Source of the DNA: Setoptus koraiensis | Lineage: Eukaryota; Animalia; Arthropoda | Length of the DNA: 64,000 nucleotides | Assembly: GCA_048013815.1 (NCBI GenBank) | Contig: CM106586.1 | Location: 8,308,001-8,372,000, forward strand | Direction: 5' to 3' | In this document: piece after piece, positions 1 to 10,873 of the stretch | How the letters are laid out: every line of letters begins with the position of its first letter | Numbering within the stretch: position 1 is the stretch's first letter | The notes under the pieces: generated by a model | Seen by the model: the letters and a program-made list of their open reading frames with translations, nothing else | Told to the model about the DNA's origin: nothing | The model's database searches: none | Made by a program: the position numbers and the translations under genes

Positions 1-1
1 G

Positions 2-1051
2 GGGTGGAGCTGGAGCGATAGCAAAATACATAGGTCCATTTTGTGTCTGTATTTGTATCAATCTCTGTTGTGGTTGAAGACCAATTGGCCTCGGACCCAT
101 ATTGTGACCCAAAATAGCCTGGTGCCTAATGCCTGTATTAGGATTCTGAATTAATATTTGCGGCCCTGGATTTGGACTATATGTCATCGGTTGTTGTAAA
201 TTTTGCTGATTAACTGCTTTAGATGGGGATTGATTATTGGTAGCAGTCTTTTTAGCACGAGGTGCCCGAGTTGTGGATCTACCACCTCCTCTAGCAGCCC
301 TTTTTGCTGCTGTTGTTGGCCTCGGGGTATTGATTGTGGGGGAAGATGATATGGTAGAAACAGTAGATAAGCCTGTACTTGCTACTGTTGTTGTTGTTTG
401 TACTGGAGATGTGTGAGACATTGTTGAGAGTGACATGTTGGAAATGGGTGCTGTGGGCGTCGCTGCTGGTGATGCAGTTGTATTTGAATTTGCTTGCGCC
501 GGTGCCGAGGCCGATGTAAATGCAAACGCAACTGTGGTTGCAGGGTCAACATCCTTGATTGGCTCTGCTGGTGAACTACTAACCTGTGCAAAATTTGGGA
601 TGGAGGCCTGTTCAATCGATGATGGTGGGTCTTGTTGAGGCAGGGTGGTCTGTTGCAACATAGAATCCATAGATTCACTCTGTTGCCTTGGTGGTGTATG
701 AGGCTGGACTTCAATATTGTTTTGGGTAACATCTGTTTGGTTTGTGTTTGCTTGGGGTTCTGATATAAATTGTGGGCCCGATAAAGGTGCTGAAGGTGAC
801 GGAAACGAATTTTGTTGTGTATTTGCTGTAGTTTCAGGAATTACTGTGTCTTTCTCAGATTTAGTGGAAGATATAATAGGCGTGGAATTGGTAGTTGTTG
901 TATTAGTAGTTACAGTGGATGAGTTATTTAAATTATTTGCTGGTGTAGCGGTATTTGTAGTTGAAGTTGCATCGGGTACACTTTCTAAGAAAGATTGGAG
1001 AAGCTGAGGATCATTAATGACATCAAGCAAACATTTATTTTGGTCCATCAT
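2..1051 (-). CDS. BICRA: BICRA/GLTSCR1-like protein (GBAF/ncBAF chromatin-remodelling subunit), 5' part only; ORF runs off the left edge
   Basis: Minus-strand frame from ATG at 1051 is open to the window edge (350 codons, no stop, so absent from the ORF track). It begins MMDQNKCLLDVINDPQLLQSFL, which resembles the BICRA N-terminal motif (human ..CLLDVICDPQALNDFL), then continues as S/T/P/Q-rich low complexity. The C-terminal GLTSCR1 domain is outside the window. Confidence 0.7.
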   Translation of the reverse strand, partial: MMDQNKCLLDVINDPQLLQSFLESVPDATSTTNTATPANNLNNSSTVTTNTTTTNSTPIISSTKSEKDTVIPETTANTQQNSFPSPSAPLSGPQFISEPQANTNQTDVTQNNIEVQPHTPPRQQSESMDSMLQQTTLPQQDPPSSIEQASIPNFAQVSSSPAEPIKDVDPATTVAFAFTSASAPAQANSNTTASPAATPTAPISNMSLSTMSHTSPVQTTTTVASTGLSTVSTISSSPTINTPRPTTAAKRAARGGGRSTTRAPRAKKTATNNQSPSKAVNQQNLQQPMTYSPNPGPQILIQNPNTGIRHQAILGHNMGPRPIGLQPQQRLIQIQTQNGPMYFAIAPAPP

Positions 1052-1517
1052 CCATCACCTCCAACGGTGGTCTAATAGAGCGGCCTAATTTTTTTTTTTT
1101 AATATTCTGGTGGCTAAATGAAGAGAATTTGCTAAAATTCATGCAATCAACTGTGGTTGGTATTAGCTGTTGGCTACCGTCGGATCCTTTGAATCATCCT
1201 TGTACAATCAATGGTAACAATTGTAAATTTAATAAAGAGTAACCAATAATGGTAGTAATATTGTTGTTGTTGGTGTTGTTGTTGTTGTGCTGCCAAAGAT
1301 TATGCTATTGGCTAAGAAATCATTTTTTTTATATTGCACTGCACATCAATTAATTTTACATTTGAATAAATAAATCAAGAAGAAGAAAAAAATTACAATT
1401 TGATTATATTCCTATACAGTGCGATGCTACAGTAGATTTGTGTGCGTGTATATTTGACAACAAATAGTACAACAGTTAAAATAAGAGTTTTTTGAGGTCA
1501 AAATGTGTGCACAGAAA

Positions 1518-2218
1518 TCATAGCAGTTTCTTAGCATAGCATAGAGCTTCTAATCCTTTTGATGGGTAAACGAGGGCGCCTTCATCTATTGTAGCTATGA
1601 CGATGGGCGTACAGGTTGAAGATTTCAGGTAATAACACTGACTTAACTAAATCATTTATTATTGCATGCCATTGATTGACAAACTAACTGAGATTTGAAT
1701 TCAACCTGGCGTCTATAACTAGAAACATTAATATCTGGCTCACATGAGAGCTTACTTTGTACAATTGGCATTTGCTGCGCGCATGCTCGCTGTTGGTGTT
1801 TGAATTCAAAAAGCGCGAAACTTAAAATTGAAAAAAAAAGAAGAAAAAAAGAAGAAAAAGAAAAACAACACAATGGCCAAGAATTGCACATTACATTGAG
1901 CGAGCAATGCACGGGTCCATTTCGGGGAAATTGGTTCGGGTAAAATCTGTAGTATCCCCCTCTTTACTTTTTGTGAGGGACCCGCGGCGCGCCGAAAGTT
2001 TAGTGGGCGTGCCTATGATGTAATCGTTTATGATGATAGATGTTCTGATTGATGTAGGCTCAACCTAAAGCGAAAATTGATTAGCGACTTGATCTTGTTA
2101 TTCTGTGTGTTTTTTTTTTGTTGTTGGTCTACACATGGCTGCCGTGTTTCGAATTGATTTGTTGGTGATGCAAGTCAGTGGTACCACCAGGGGTACATGG
2201 TGCAGTCGGTGCGGACAT
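1518..2218 (-). CDS. Putative 4-exon small ORF of unknown function (135 aa), join(2135..2218,1895..2064,1756..1789,1518..1637)
   Basis: Three GT-AG introns (70, 105 and 118 nt) have compatible phases (0, 2, 0). Intron 1 has a CTAAT branch-like motif plus TTTTCGCTTTAG and intron 3 has a GTAAGC donor. No recognisable domain. Could instead be 5'UTR exons of the BICRA-like gene. Confidence 0.25.
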
Positions 2219-3019
2219 TGCAGTGAGTTATGCGGAATTTAATCGCACACACAATCCCCCAGAATTAGTGCTTTCGAATGTTTCTCAGAGCACACTCAGG
2301 CAGACACACTGGCTATCAGGGTATTGAGAGGGAGACACAACAAATAGAACTGAATGAACACACACTCACACAGGCACAAAGTGAGACAAACGGGCAAAAA
2401 TTTGTTTTCGCAGCGAGCAAACAGACGTCTTTGGATGTGGCATAACAGAAATAGTAATAGTAGTGTAGTGACCATGATTCTAAAGATCGGTGAGGTACTA
2501 CTACACACTGATCGCCGAATGATAACATTATTATCCTACCAATTAAATATATCATTAAAAATGAATTCTCGTTTGAAAAGCATTAGCGTTATTATAAAAA
2601 CTAATTGATCGCTACCTGAGAAAGAATATCATCAAAACCAGGGCTTGTCATCACAATGCGAGAAGGCATTCACACTAACTAACACATTTAATAGAATGAT
2701 TAATATTAATAACTAGACTAATTATTATTTGCATAATAGTAGTGGTTCACATCATTATTACAACCATACCATTGCTGTCGCCATTACACCACCGCCAATT
2801 CTTTATGAGGTCACACTCAAACAACATTTACACCAGAAAGAACCTTGTCGATAATATTATCAGCAACATTACCAACCGTTCATCATTATTACTATTATCA
2901 TTATTATTATTATTAACAAGCATATTGGTTACAAGGTTTCAAGGAACAAGCAGAAAAAAATAAGAGGAATCGACCAACTGAACAGACGAAACAATAGATC
3001 CTATTGTTTTTAGAGACAA

Positions 3020-6000
3020 ATGGAACTGAGCGAGCTCAAATCCAGTATCTCGCCTTCATCATCGTCGTCGTCGTCCCCGTCTTCATCGTCCTCCTCCTCT
3101 TCTTCGTCCTCTTCATCATCATCGCCTCCACCAACATCGTCGGCGGCGGCATCATTGTCGCCGCCATCAGCCCCATTGGATCGCCTAACTCCAGACAAAA
3201 ATGGTTTAGCATTAGTTGCAAAAGATTTCACTAGTTCAACGTTAACTGTTAGATTGAATGGTATCTCTAAAATCAATGCAGTTATTGACTTCTATTCCGA
3301 ACTATGTCAAGCTCAAAATCAATCCTCTACGCAATTGCAAGAGGCTGCTCGTAACTTGCGTATCTGGATTATCGATAACAAGATTATCGAGCATATATTT
3401 GGACCAAATTGCCATGTTGAAGTGATAAAACAATCCCACACTATATTAAATTTTGTTGCACCACATCTAACCAACAAGCACATAGATGTCATATGGAGTG
3501 CTTGTCTTTTGAAACATTGCGGCCGCCAAGTGCTAGATTTATTGACAAGTCTTATAAGATTTATGAAACCTACCCCTGTTTTACATCTTTATCATTTAGT
3601 CAAGAGTTTAGACGTCAGGGATCACTCAGAACATACTCTTGTACTGACATCACACATGCTGAGGTACATCTGGTCTCATTCGCCGAGCATCAATCAGCAA
3701 TATATTAACCAACGTAATGATTTACTTACATGTCCGGCTAAAAATGAAGATACAGTTAATTCTTTAACAGACTCAAGAACTTCCACCCCAGAAGATATAG
3801 ATAATGTAAATGACAAGACCACTGATAAGAGTTCAAATTTAACGCAAGATCAGCCGCGACCCAAGGATTCCTCCGATCAACATCATAAAACTAAAACTAT
3901 TGCAACTACAGGCGAACGCCGTTCTGTCCCCAATTCAATTACTGCTCTGGAAGCCGCCACCAGTAATCACATGAGTCATAATCTCAAAAAAGCTAACATC
4001 GGGATTAGCAACGGCACTGAAGAAGTTACTGGTCCAAACTGCCCCAGAATAGCTAAACCCCCGCTGAACAAAAAGACATCCACTCCAGCCTTGTCATCTC
4101 AGACTAAGACATATCAAGTTACCAATTCAGAAGAAAATATGGATGATGTATTGTTGTTAGACGACTCCGACTGCGATACAATGTCGATCAACTCTTCAAA
4201 TAAGGCCATAGATTTAGATGATACCAGAGACCAGACAGAAATTAGTGGAAGTTTCAGATCTCATAAATTTGCTCAAAAACTTCCCTCATCGATGAGCAAC
4301 AGTCCTATTGTGGACGGTGATGACTATGACCATGCTACAATCAAACGCTTCAGTCTGCCATTAGAGCGTATACATCTACTACTTGAGCAGAATATGGAAA
4401 GTAATCAGTGTTCGAATTCGTCAAATCAGAAAATACAAGATCTGTCACAGATCTCATCCAGGGAATCAATGGACACATCTGAACATAAGAATGATTCCAA
4501 GAACCAAGCCTCAAGCCTGATCGGTCGTGATCTACTCAAGGAACTTGGACCAGCAGGTGTAGATAAACTGTTTGATGGAAAATATACACTGTCACAAATT
4601 CTTTCAGGCGACGAAATCAAACTTCAGAACTTCCCCCTTGAATCATTGAAAGAGGTTGGTACTATATATGGTAAAGAGGAGTGGTCTGATTCCGATAATT
4701 CTTGTTCAGACAACCGAGCCTCAATATCTGGTTTAAGAAGTTTGGATTTTGACAGGTGCTCTGTTCAGATGCACGGTGGTAGTGACAGTGATGCTAGCTG
4801 TTGCTCGGAAAAAAATATGGCCGATTTTGATGATGATGAAGCCATGATATCACTTCAGGAGGATAGCACATGTTACACAGACGACCCGAGCGTCAGTTGT
4901 AGTTCTAGTGAAATCAATTATGATGTGTCTCCGTTGTCAATGAGCTATCAAGCTAAGCTTGATCGCATTAAGAGAAGAAAAAGTCCATTCGCAAATAGGA
5001 AGGAAAAGAATAGTCATTTGAAAACGTTACAATTTAGGCAAACCACCATCGATGAGGACATTCAGGAACTACCACGTCGACCAAAATCAGTCACCCAAGT
5101 TTCATATCAATTACCAACAGAGTCCATCATCCATATGCAAGGACGAAAAAAGAATATGATTCATCACATCGAGGACGATAGATCTTCAGAATTCAATATA
5201 GATAGCTCTCCCGATGACAATAACAAGTTGTCTGAATATAACATCGTGAGTCTCAGCGAACCCGGTAAAACCTTGTTATGGGATCTGCTTCAGGATGGAA
5301 AAATTGAGCACCTAGTTGAAGGACTACATTCAGATATAGAAAAAGTTTTAGTGAACCTAGTTATAACTTTCGGGGATAGATTCATAAGGCTGAAATTTAT
5401 TGAGGCATGTCTTGAGAACTTATCCAAAGGTACATCTGTGATAGTGTCACTAAGATTACTCCCAAAACTTATGTCCATAAATACAGCATCGAGAAATCTC
5501 TCTCCGAGCGCAATATCTGAAACTCACATGATAGTCACATGGGCAGAGCGCGATTATCAGATGCTGCATCACTTTTTCAACAACTTTGTTCATTATTCCA
5601 ATATTATGGCGAACAAGACTACGAACAAAGATAGTGATATCCCTGACCAAAATGGCCCAAGACCGTTACAATCAAATAATTCAGCGACGTTTGGTCACAT
5701 GGACGAAATAATAACTCGTCTGTCCTTCCTTACATTTATATTTTCTAGAGCTTGTTCTCCTGAAACTATGAAATTGGATCGTTCTCAGATCGACCACCTT
5801 TGGTCTTGTCTAGCCAAGGATAAAACATGTGCGGACGTATTATTTAGCTGGTTGATAAGTCAGGCTGTAACGGGAGACTTCCACGCTGTTGATGATAGTA
5901 TGCTTGAATACATTCTCAAAGAAAAACTCCCCCTTCTCGAGCCAGAGACTTTCTCTATGAGGGGACTTAAATTACTGGAGCAACTGTTGTGGATGGGTCA

Positions 6001-9000
6001 AGAAGACACTTCGATATCTAATTCAGAAAACGCAGCTATAAAACTTCTATGGGACATTGCTCTCAAAGCCTCTGTACCGGAAGTCAGTATGGCGGCGATA
6101 CGGATACTTAATCATTTCTACATCTACACCGTCCATCAGAAACAATCAAGTAACGGTGAGGAAGGTGGACATTTCATTGACCAATGCATGCAACAGATGT
6201 CCACAACTATTCAAGATATAGTGAATTGTTGCGACGTTAGTGATGAGGACAAATATTTGACTGTGATTCAAAGAGCCCTTGTACTCCTAAGAACACATCT
6301 CGAAGTTTTCAGGAGTCGTTATTCATTCTACCTTAGAACACTGCAACTTAACGAAGAAATTAATCTTACGAGCCATAGAGCTAACCTCTGTGATATAAAG
6401 TCTATGATGACACTACGCCTACTCTGTCAAGCTACCTCTAGAAACGAAAAGAAAGTTATAGAAATTCAGACAACAGACTATATTGGTGAACTTAGAGCAG
6501 ACATAGCTCACTGGTGGTTCAGTCATGTCGATAAATCCTATTATCAAAGTGATTCTTCAGATGAAACGCCAAATGTTTCATCTGGCGACTTAAACAACCC
6601 CTCAACAAGTACTGGAGCATCAACTTTCACAGACTTCCTGCTGGAAAATTATCGTTCTCTTCGCTTGGTATCTCACGGTCAAGAAATCCTCACAGATATG
6701 GATGAAAGGCAAGTTAATGAACTTGAGCTGAAAGATATGCAGATCATATATGTGTTGACAGAAGGACGAGAATCACCAGTCAGGGATGTCATCGACGACT
6801 TCATTTCCTCCAAGTCGTGTGATCTGTCAGATCCTATTTATCCTAAGAGGGGTAAACTCCCACCGATTTTACTTCTGCAGCCCAAATTTTTCGAGCAGTT
6901 GCTTGACTTGGTCCAACTTTTAGGTTCCTACAAGGGTAAATCTCCTTCCATCAATTTAAGAGCACAGGTTTTATCGAGGAGGGTTTGGGAGGTGATCCAA
7001 GCATTACCAACATCACCTGACCTGCTAGAATCTTACCGTCAGTTGGGAATGCCCCAAGATGATTTAGAAGATCTTGAATCTACTATGCTACTGAATCTGC
7101 CAAGTCCCGAGTATCCTCAAAGATTGATTTACTCAATTCAAATTCTTGATTTTTTGAGGTCGTCAGAAACTAATCCGATATGGAGCACAATCTTTATCCG
7201 ACGAGGTGGTCTCAAGCATTTATTCAATATACTCATCTCGGATAAATTGTTACCCGAGGATGGGGAAGAATGGAATGAATGGAAACAAGACTGTCTAGCC
7301 TACCTGTTGCGACTACTTTATCTTTTTGGTATCAAACCATGTATGACATCAAATTTATCATCTGGCTCGTCTATCTCCAACATAAGATTGACTAGCTCGA
7401 GTGCTTCCAAGACAATTCTTTCAGCATCTTTGAAGAAACAAAAGCGTCACAAAAGCAAACACTTTGGGAGTCCTTCGTCTGACAGCAAGGTTTCAATGCC
7501 GCAGTTATCTACTGAGTTTCTAAAACTCATCACAGACCCAAATCTTCTTTTCGAGAAATCCATCAAGATACTCAATTCAACGGCATTTCAAAGTTCTCGT
7601 CCAGAGTGCTGTTACGTTGCCATGTCTAGTCGAGCAACCTTGATCCACCATATGATGAATTTCCTATCATCGTGGTCTGTATCCTACATGAAATTCCCAT
7701 CATTCAACTTAACAGAAGAAAACAAGATATTATTGAGGAAGCTTATGCTGGATGATCCGGATCCTTCAATCAGGAGAGAATCTTGTATAGGCTTTCATAA
7801 GCTTCATGTTGGAACAACGATTTTGATGTCTAGATTCGAGAAAGAATGCTCTATGAAGTGCGAATCTATCGACAAACCACCATGTTGGAATTTTTCGCTG
7901 CAACTTCTTAGCTGTCTAATTGAGTTCTTGCCTGTGGCCGAATCAATGCGACCCCCCAGGCCCATGAAGAACTTCTTCGATCCAGACAATGAAATTTCAA
8001 AGGAAATTTACACACCAGGATGCAAAGATTACTTCTGGTTGACCTGTCACCTAGTAGATTCGCATTCAGTTAACTTCAAGACAAATCAAACTAGTCAGAT
8101 AAAGTCTGTAGATCTAAGGCAGTTATGTGAGTACTTATCGGACACCATCATTTCTAGAGAAACTTATGAAACACGTGGCTATACTATAGAAGATGAAGGC
8201 CTCAGAGGATTCCTGTCTTTGATGACTGTATCATTACGGCAGGACCCTTCTTTCAAGTACACACAGAAATGTTTTGACTTCATAAAGAAGCTCTTCGATT
8301 GTCTATTTGTGCCACCAAATCAAGCCGAACGACATTTACCAAAGTGTAAATCCCCATCAACGCGCTCAATAGCTTTCGATCTAATGATCGAGTTGGTGGA
8401 GCGATGCCGCAAAAATTATGTCAATTTATTGCAAATGCTCATCGATCAGCATGACTCTATATTGAAAAATTCATATCCTTGGGACTATTGGCCGCATGAT
8501 GATTGCCGCAACGAAATAGGATTTGTTGGGTTAATTAATCTAGGTGCTACATGTTACTTAGCGACTTGCATCCAGCATCTATTCATGATACCAGACCTAC
8601 GATACGCAATACTATCAATCGAGGATACAAAAGGCATCAGGCATGGTGACACTATTCGAGAGCTGCAAAAAATGTTTGCATTCATGCTTGAGAGTGAGAG
8701 AAAGGCCTATAATCCAAGGAATTTCTGTAAAAACTACACAATGGACCACCAGCCTCTTAACATTGCAGAACAAAAAGATATGACAGAATTTTTGACCGAC
8801 TTGATCACGAAAATGGAAGAATCATCGCCCGAGTTACGCCAATTAATCAAGAGTTTATTTAGCGGTACATTATCAAACAATGTTGTATCTCTGGACTGTC
8901 CTCATATAAGTCGTACTCAAGAAGAATTCTATACACTCAGATGTCAAGTTGCTGACATGAGGAACTTATACGACTCGTTGGATGAATTGACAGTGAAAGA

Positions 9001-10873
9001 CACTTTGGAGGGTGACAACATGTATACATGCAGCAAATGCGGTAAAAAAGTTCGAGCCGAAAAACGAGCTTGCATCAAGCGACTCCCTCGTATTTTATGC
9101 TTCAATACAATGCGTTACACTTTCAACATGCTCACTATGACTAAAGAAAAGGTGAATACACACTTCTCATTTCCACCTAAGCTCAACATGTCAAACTACT
9201 TAGAGAAGAACTTGATAAAAAGTAGGCAAGATAATTCTAGTGTGAGTAGTTGCAGTGACTCTGCAGAGAGAGGAAACTCTTCTTCTGAGGATGGTTCCTC
9301 AGAGATTGAAAAACAAGAAGAAGACTCCAAGGAAAACATGGATTCGTCTGATCTGTTAGAAGATAGTAGCGATGAAACTATTTACGAATTGATAGGAGTT
9401 ACCGTTCACACTGGTACCGCTGATGGTGGTCATTATTATTGTTTTATAAGAGATTACGCCCGAGAGGACGATGCTACCGCATCTAAAGAGAGATGGTATT
9501 TGTTCAACGATGCAGAAGTAAAACCCTTCGACGCCACCCATATCGGTGCTGAATGTTTCGGCGGTGAGATGACTACTAAATCATACGATGCTGTCAACGA
9601 CCGATTCATGGATTTCTCTTTTGAAAAGACTAACAGTGCGTACATGTTATTCTACAAGAGGATTGATTATGAGTATAATTCAAAATCTATTATCTCAGAT
9701 TATATCAGCGCAGCATCTAATAAAGCGACAGGAAAGCAAACCGCTGGCTCCGCTAGCCAAACAGATGAAACTAGCACATCCGACAAAGACCAAGAAAATT
9801 CAGTTTGCTCTATGCAGGAAACGTCAGAAGAAGCGTCCAAGAAAGAACTAAACCACGATCCGTCATCATCGAACAAACATATAGATGTGCCCCATAGCGA
9901 GGATACCTCTTTAAGTAGCATGAATGAGACTACTGACAACCATCCACCGCATCAGCGTTTTCAGTTACCCAAACATTTAGAAGATTGGATTTGGGAGGAT
10001 AATATGAAATTCTTTCGTGACAAAAGTATCTTTGAGCATACTTACTATAGTTTTATGTGGCAAATATGCGCAAACATACCAAAGACACTTTCAACAGCTT
10101 CCGCGACATCCACGGTAGAAGCTGCATCTCCAACTTCAACAACAACAGCATCTCAATCATGCTCATCAACATCAACTACATGCCAGTACAATGCTACAGA
10201 AGATGATGCAATTATTTTGAAATCAACTCATTTGGCCATATCTTTCGTGTTGGGCACACTAATGCATTCCAAAGAAAAACCCACCATTACCAACTGGATA
10301 GATTTACTAAGGCGTCAATTTAATTCTAGTAAAGTGACATGTGATTGGTTAATGGCTTTGATTGATGATGATGACACATGGCTGAAACAAATACTGCTCA
10401 AATGTCCAATAGAGATGGTGCGTCAGCTTTTTCAAAGACTATGTGATGATCTAGGTAGCTCCGAATCAAGCGACCCCAAGTCCAGCACTGACGAACAGAG
10501 TTCAACTTTGCCGTTCGAACCTGGGAAAAGATCCTCCATCGGGTCTTTAGGTCGACGAGAACAAGCGCAAGAGAGCCAAGATGGGGAAACAATTTTATCT
10601 GATTCGATTAAAGAATCAAATTACAACATGTTTGAAGATGATGATAATCTCATAGAGCAATGTATTCGAGAAACTGACGCCGCGCGCTCCTCCATCGATT
10701 ATTATTGTGATCAGTCCATACTAGCTAGTACAACCGATTCAAAGCAATCGCCGGATAATGTAATCAGCATGAACGATAGTAGTAGCCAGAACGAGCTTGA
10801 TATGCCAATGAAGAAGCGCAAGGTTGATGCAGACGAACAATTTTCAACCGCTGACTCGAGTACTGACACTTGA
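3020..10873 (+). CDS. USP34: Ubiquitin carboxyl-terminal hydrolase 34 (USP34/puffyeye-like), 2617 aa, single exon
   Basis: Cys box GFVGLINLGATCYLATCIQHL (Cys at 8552-8554), His box HTGTADGGHYY (His at 9431-9433), and QKDMTEF and YMLFYKR motifs. USP34-type blocks include CCSEKNMADFD, ARVLSRRVWE-like VLSRRVWE, YPWDYWPHDD and KCPIEMVRQLFQRLC. Uninterrupted 7854-nt ORF. Confidence 0.95.
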   Translation: MELSELKSSISPSSSSSSSPSSSSSSSSSSSSSSSPPPTSSAAASLSPPSAPLDRLTPDKNGLALVAKDFTSSTLTVRLNGISKINAVIDFYSELCQAQNQSSTQLQEAARNLRIWIIDNKIIEHIFGPNCHVEVIKQSHTILNFVAPHLTNKHIDVIWSACLLKHCGRQVLDLLTSLIRFMKPTPVLHLYHLVKSLDVRDHSEHTLVLTSHMLRYIWSHSPSINQQYINQRNDLLTCPAKNEDTVNSLTDSRTSTPEDIDNVNDKTTDKSSNLTQDQPRPKDSSDQHHKTKTIATTGERRSVPNSITALEAATSNHMSHNLKKANIGISNGTEEVTGPNCPRIAKPPLNKKTSTPALSSQTKTYQVTNSEENMDDVLLLDDSDCDTMSINSSNKAIDLDDTRDQTEISGSFRSHKFAQKLPSSMSNSPIVDGDDYDHATIKRFSLPLERIHLLLEQNMESNQCSNSSNQKIQDLSQISSRESMDTSEHKNDSKNQASSLIGRDLLKELGPAGVDKLFDGKYTLSQILSGDEIKLQNFPLESLKEVGTIYGKEEWSDSDNSCSDNRASISGLRSLDFDRCSVQMHGGSDSDASCCSEKNMADFDDDEAMISLQEDSTCYTDDPSVSCSSSEINYDVSPLSMSYQAKLDRIKRRKSPFANRKEKNSHLKTLQFRQTTIDEDIQELPRRPKSVTQVSYQLPTESIIHMQGRKKNMIHHIEDDRSSEFNIDSSPDDNNKLSEYNIVSLSEPGKTLLWDLLQDGKIEHLVEGLHSDIEKVLVNLVITFGDRFIRLKFIEACLENLSKGTSVIVSLRLLPKLMSINTASRNLSPSAISETHMIVTWAERDYQMLHHFFNNFVHYSNIMANKTTNKDSDIPDQNGPRPLQSNNSATFGHMDEIITRLSFLTFIFSRACSPETMKLDRSQIDHLWSCLAKDKTCADVLFSWLISQAVTGDFHAVDDSMLEYILKEKLPLLEPETFSMRGLKLLEQLLWMGQEDTSISNSENAAIKLLWDIALKASVPEVSMAAIRILNHFYIYTVHQKQSSNGEEGGHFIDQCMQQMSTTIQDIVNCCDVSDEDKYLTVIQRALVLLRTHLEVFRSRYSFYLRTLQLNEEINLTSHRANLCDIKSMMTLRLLCQATSRNEKKVIEIQTTDYIGELRADIAHWWFSHVDKSYYQSDSSDETPNVSSGDLNNPSTSTGASTFTDFLLENYRSLRLVSHGQEILTDMDERQVNELELKDMQIIYVLTEGRESPVRDVIDDFISSKSCDLSDPIYPKRGKLPPILLLQPKFFEQLLDLVQLLGSYKGKSPSINLRAQVLSRRVWEVIQALPTSPDLLESYRQLGMPQDDLEDLESTMLLNLPSPEYPQRLIYSIQILDFLRSSETNPIWSTIFIRRGGLKHLFNILISDKLLPEDGEEWNEWKQDCLAYLLRLLYLFGIKPCMTSNLSSGSSISNIRLTSSSASKTILSASLKKQKRHKSKHFGSPSSDSKVSMPQLSTEFLKLITDPNLLFEKSIKILNSTAFQSSRPECCYVAMSSRATLIHHMMNFLSSWSVSYMKFPSFNLTEENKILLRKLMLDDPDPSIRRESCIGFHKLHVGTTILMSRFEKECSMKCESIDKPPCWNFSLQLLSCLIEFLPVAESMRPPRPMKNFFDPDNEISKEIYTPGCKDYFWLTCHLVDSHSVNFKTNQTSQIKSVDLRQLCEYLSDTIISRETYETRGYTIEDEGLRGFLSLMTVSLRQDPSFKYTQKCFDFIKKLFDCLFVPPNQAERHLPKCKSPSTRSIAFDLMIELVERCRKNYVNLLQMLIDQHDSILKNSYPWDYWPHDDCRNEIGFVGLINLGATCYLATCIQHLFMIPDLRYAILSIEDTKGIRHGDTIRELQKMFAFMLESERKAYNPRNFCKNYTMDHQPLNIAEQKDMTEFLTDLITKMEESSPELRQLIKSLFSGTLSNNVVSLDCPHISRTQEEFYTLRCQVADMRNLYDSLDELTVKDTLEGDNMYTCSKCGKKVRAEKRACIKRLPRILCFNTMRYTFNMLTMTKEKVNTHFSFPPKLNMSNYLEKNLIKSRQDNSSVSSCSDSAERGNSSSEDGSSEIEKQEEDSKENMDSSDLLEDSSDETIYELIGVTVHTGTADGGHYYCFIRDYAREDDATASKERWYLFNDAEVKPFDATHIGAECFGGEMTTKSYDAVNDRFMDFSFEKTNSAYMLFYKRIDYEYNSKSIISDYISAASNKATGKQTAGSASQTDETSTSDKDQENSVCSMQETSEEASKKELNHDPSSSNKHIDVPHSEDTSLSSMNETTDNHPPHQRFQLPKHLEDWIWEDNMKFFRDKSIFEHTYYSFMWQICANIPKTLSTASATSTVEAASPTSTTTASQSCSSTSTTCQYNATEDDAIILKSTHLAISFVLGTLMHSKEKPTITNWIDLLRRQFNSSKVTCDWLMALIDDDDTWLKQILLKCPIEMVRQLFQRLCDDLGSSESSDPKSSTDEQSSTLPFEPGKRSSIGSLGRREQAQESQDGETILSDSIKESNYNMFEDDDNLIEQCIRETDAARSSIDYYCDQSILASTTDSKQSPDNVISMNDSSSQNELDMPMKKRKVDADEQFSTADSSTDT

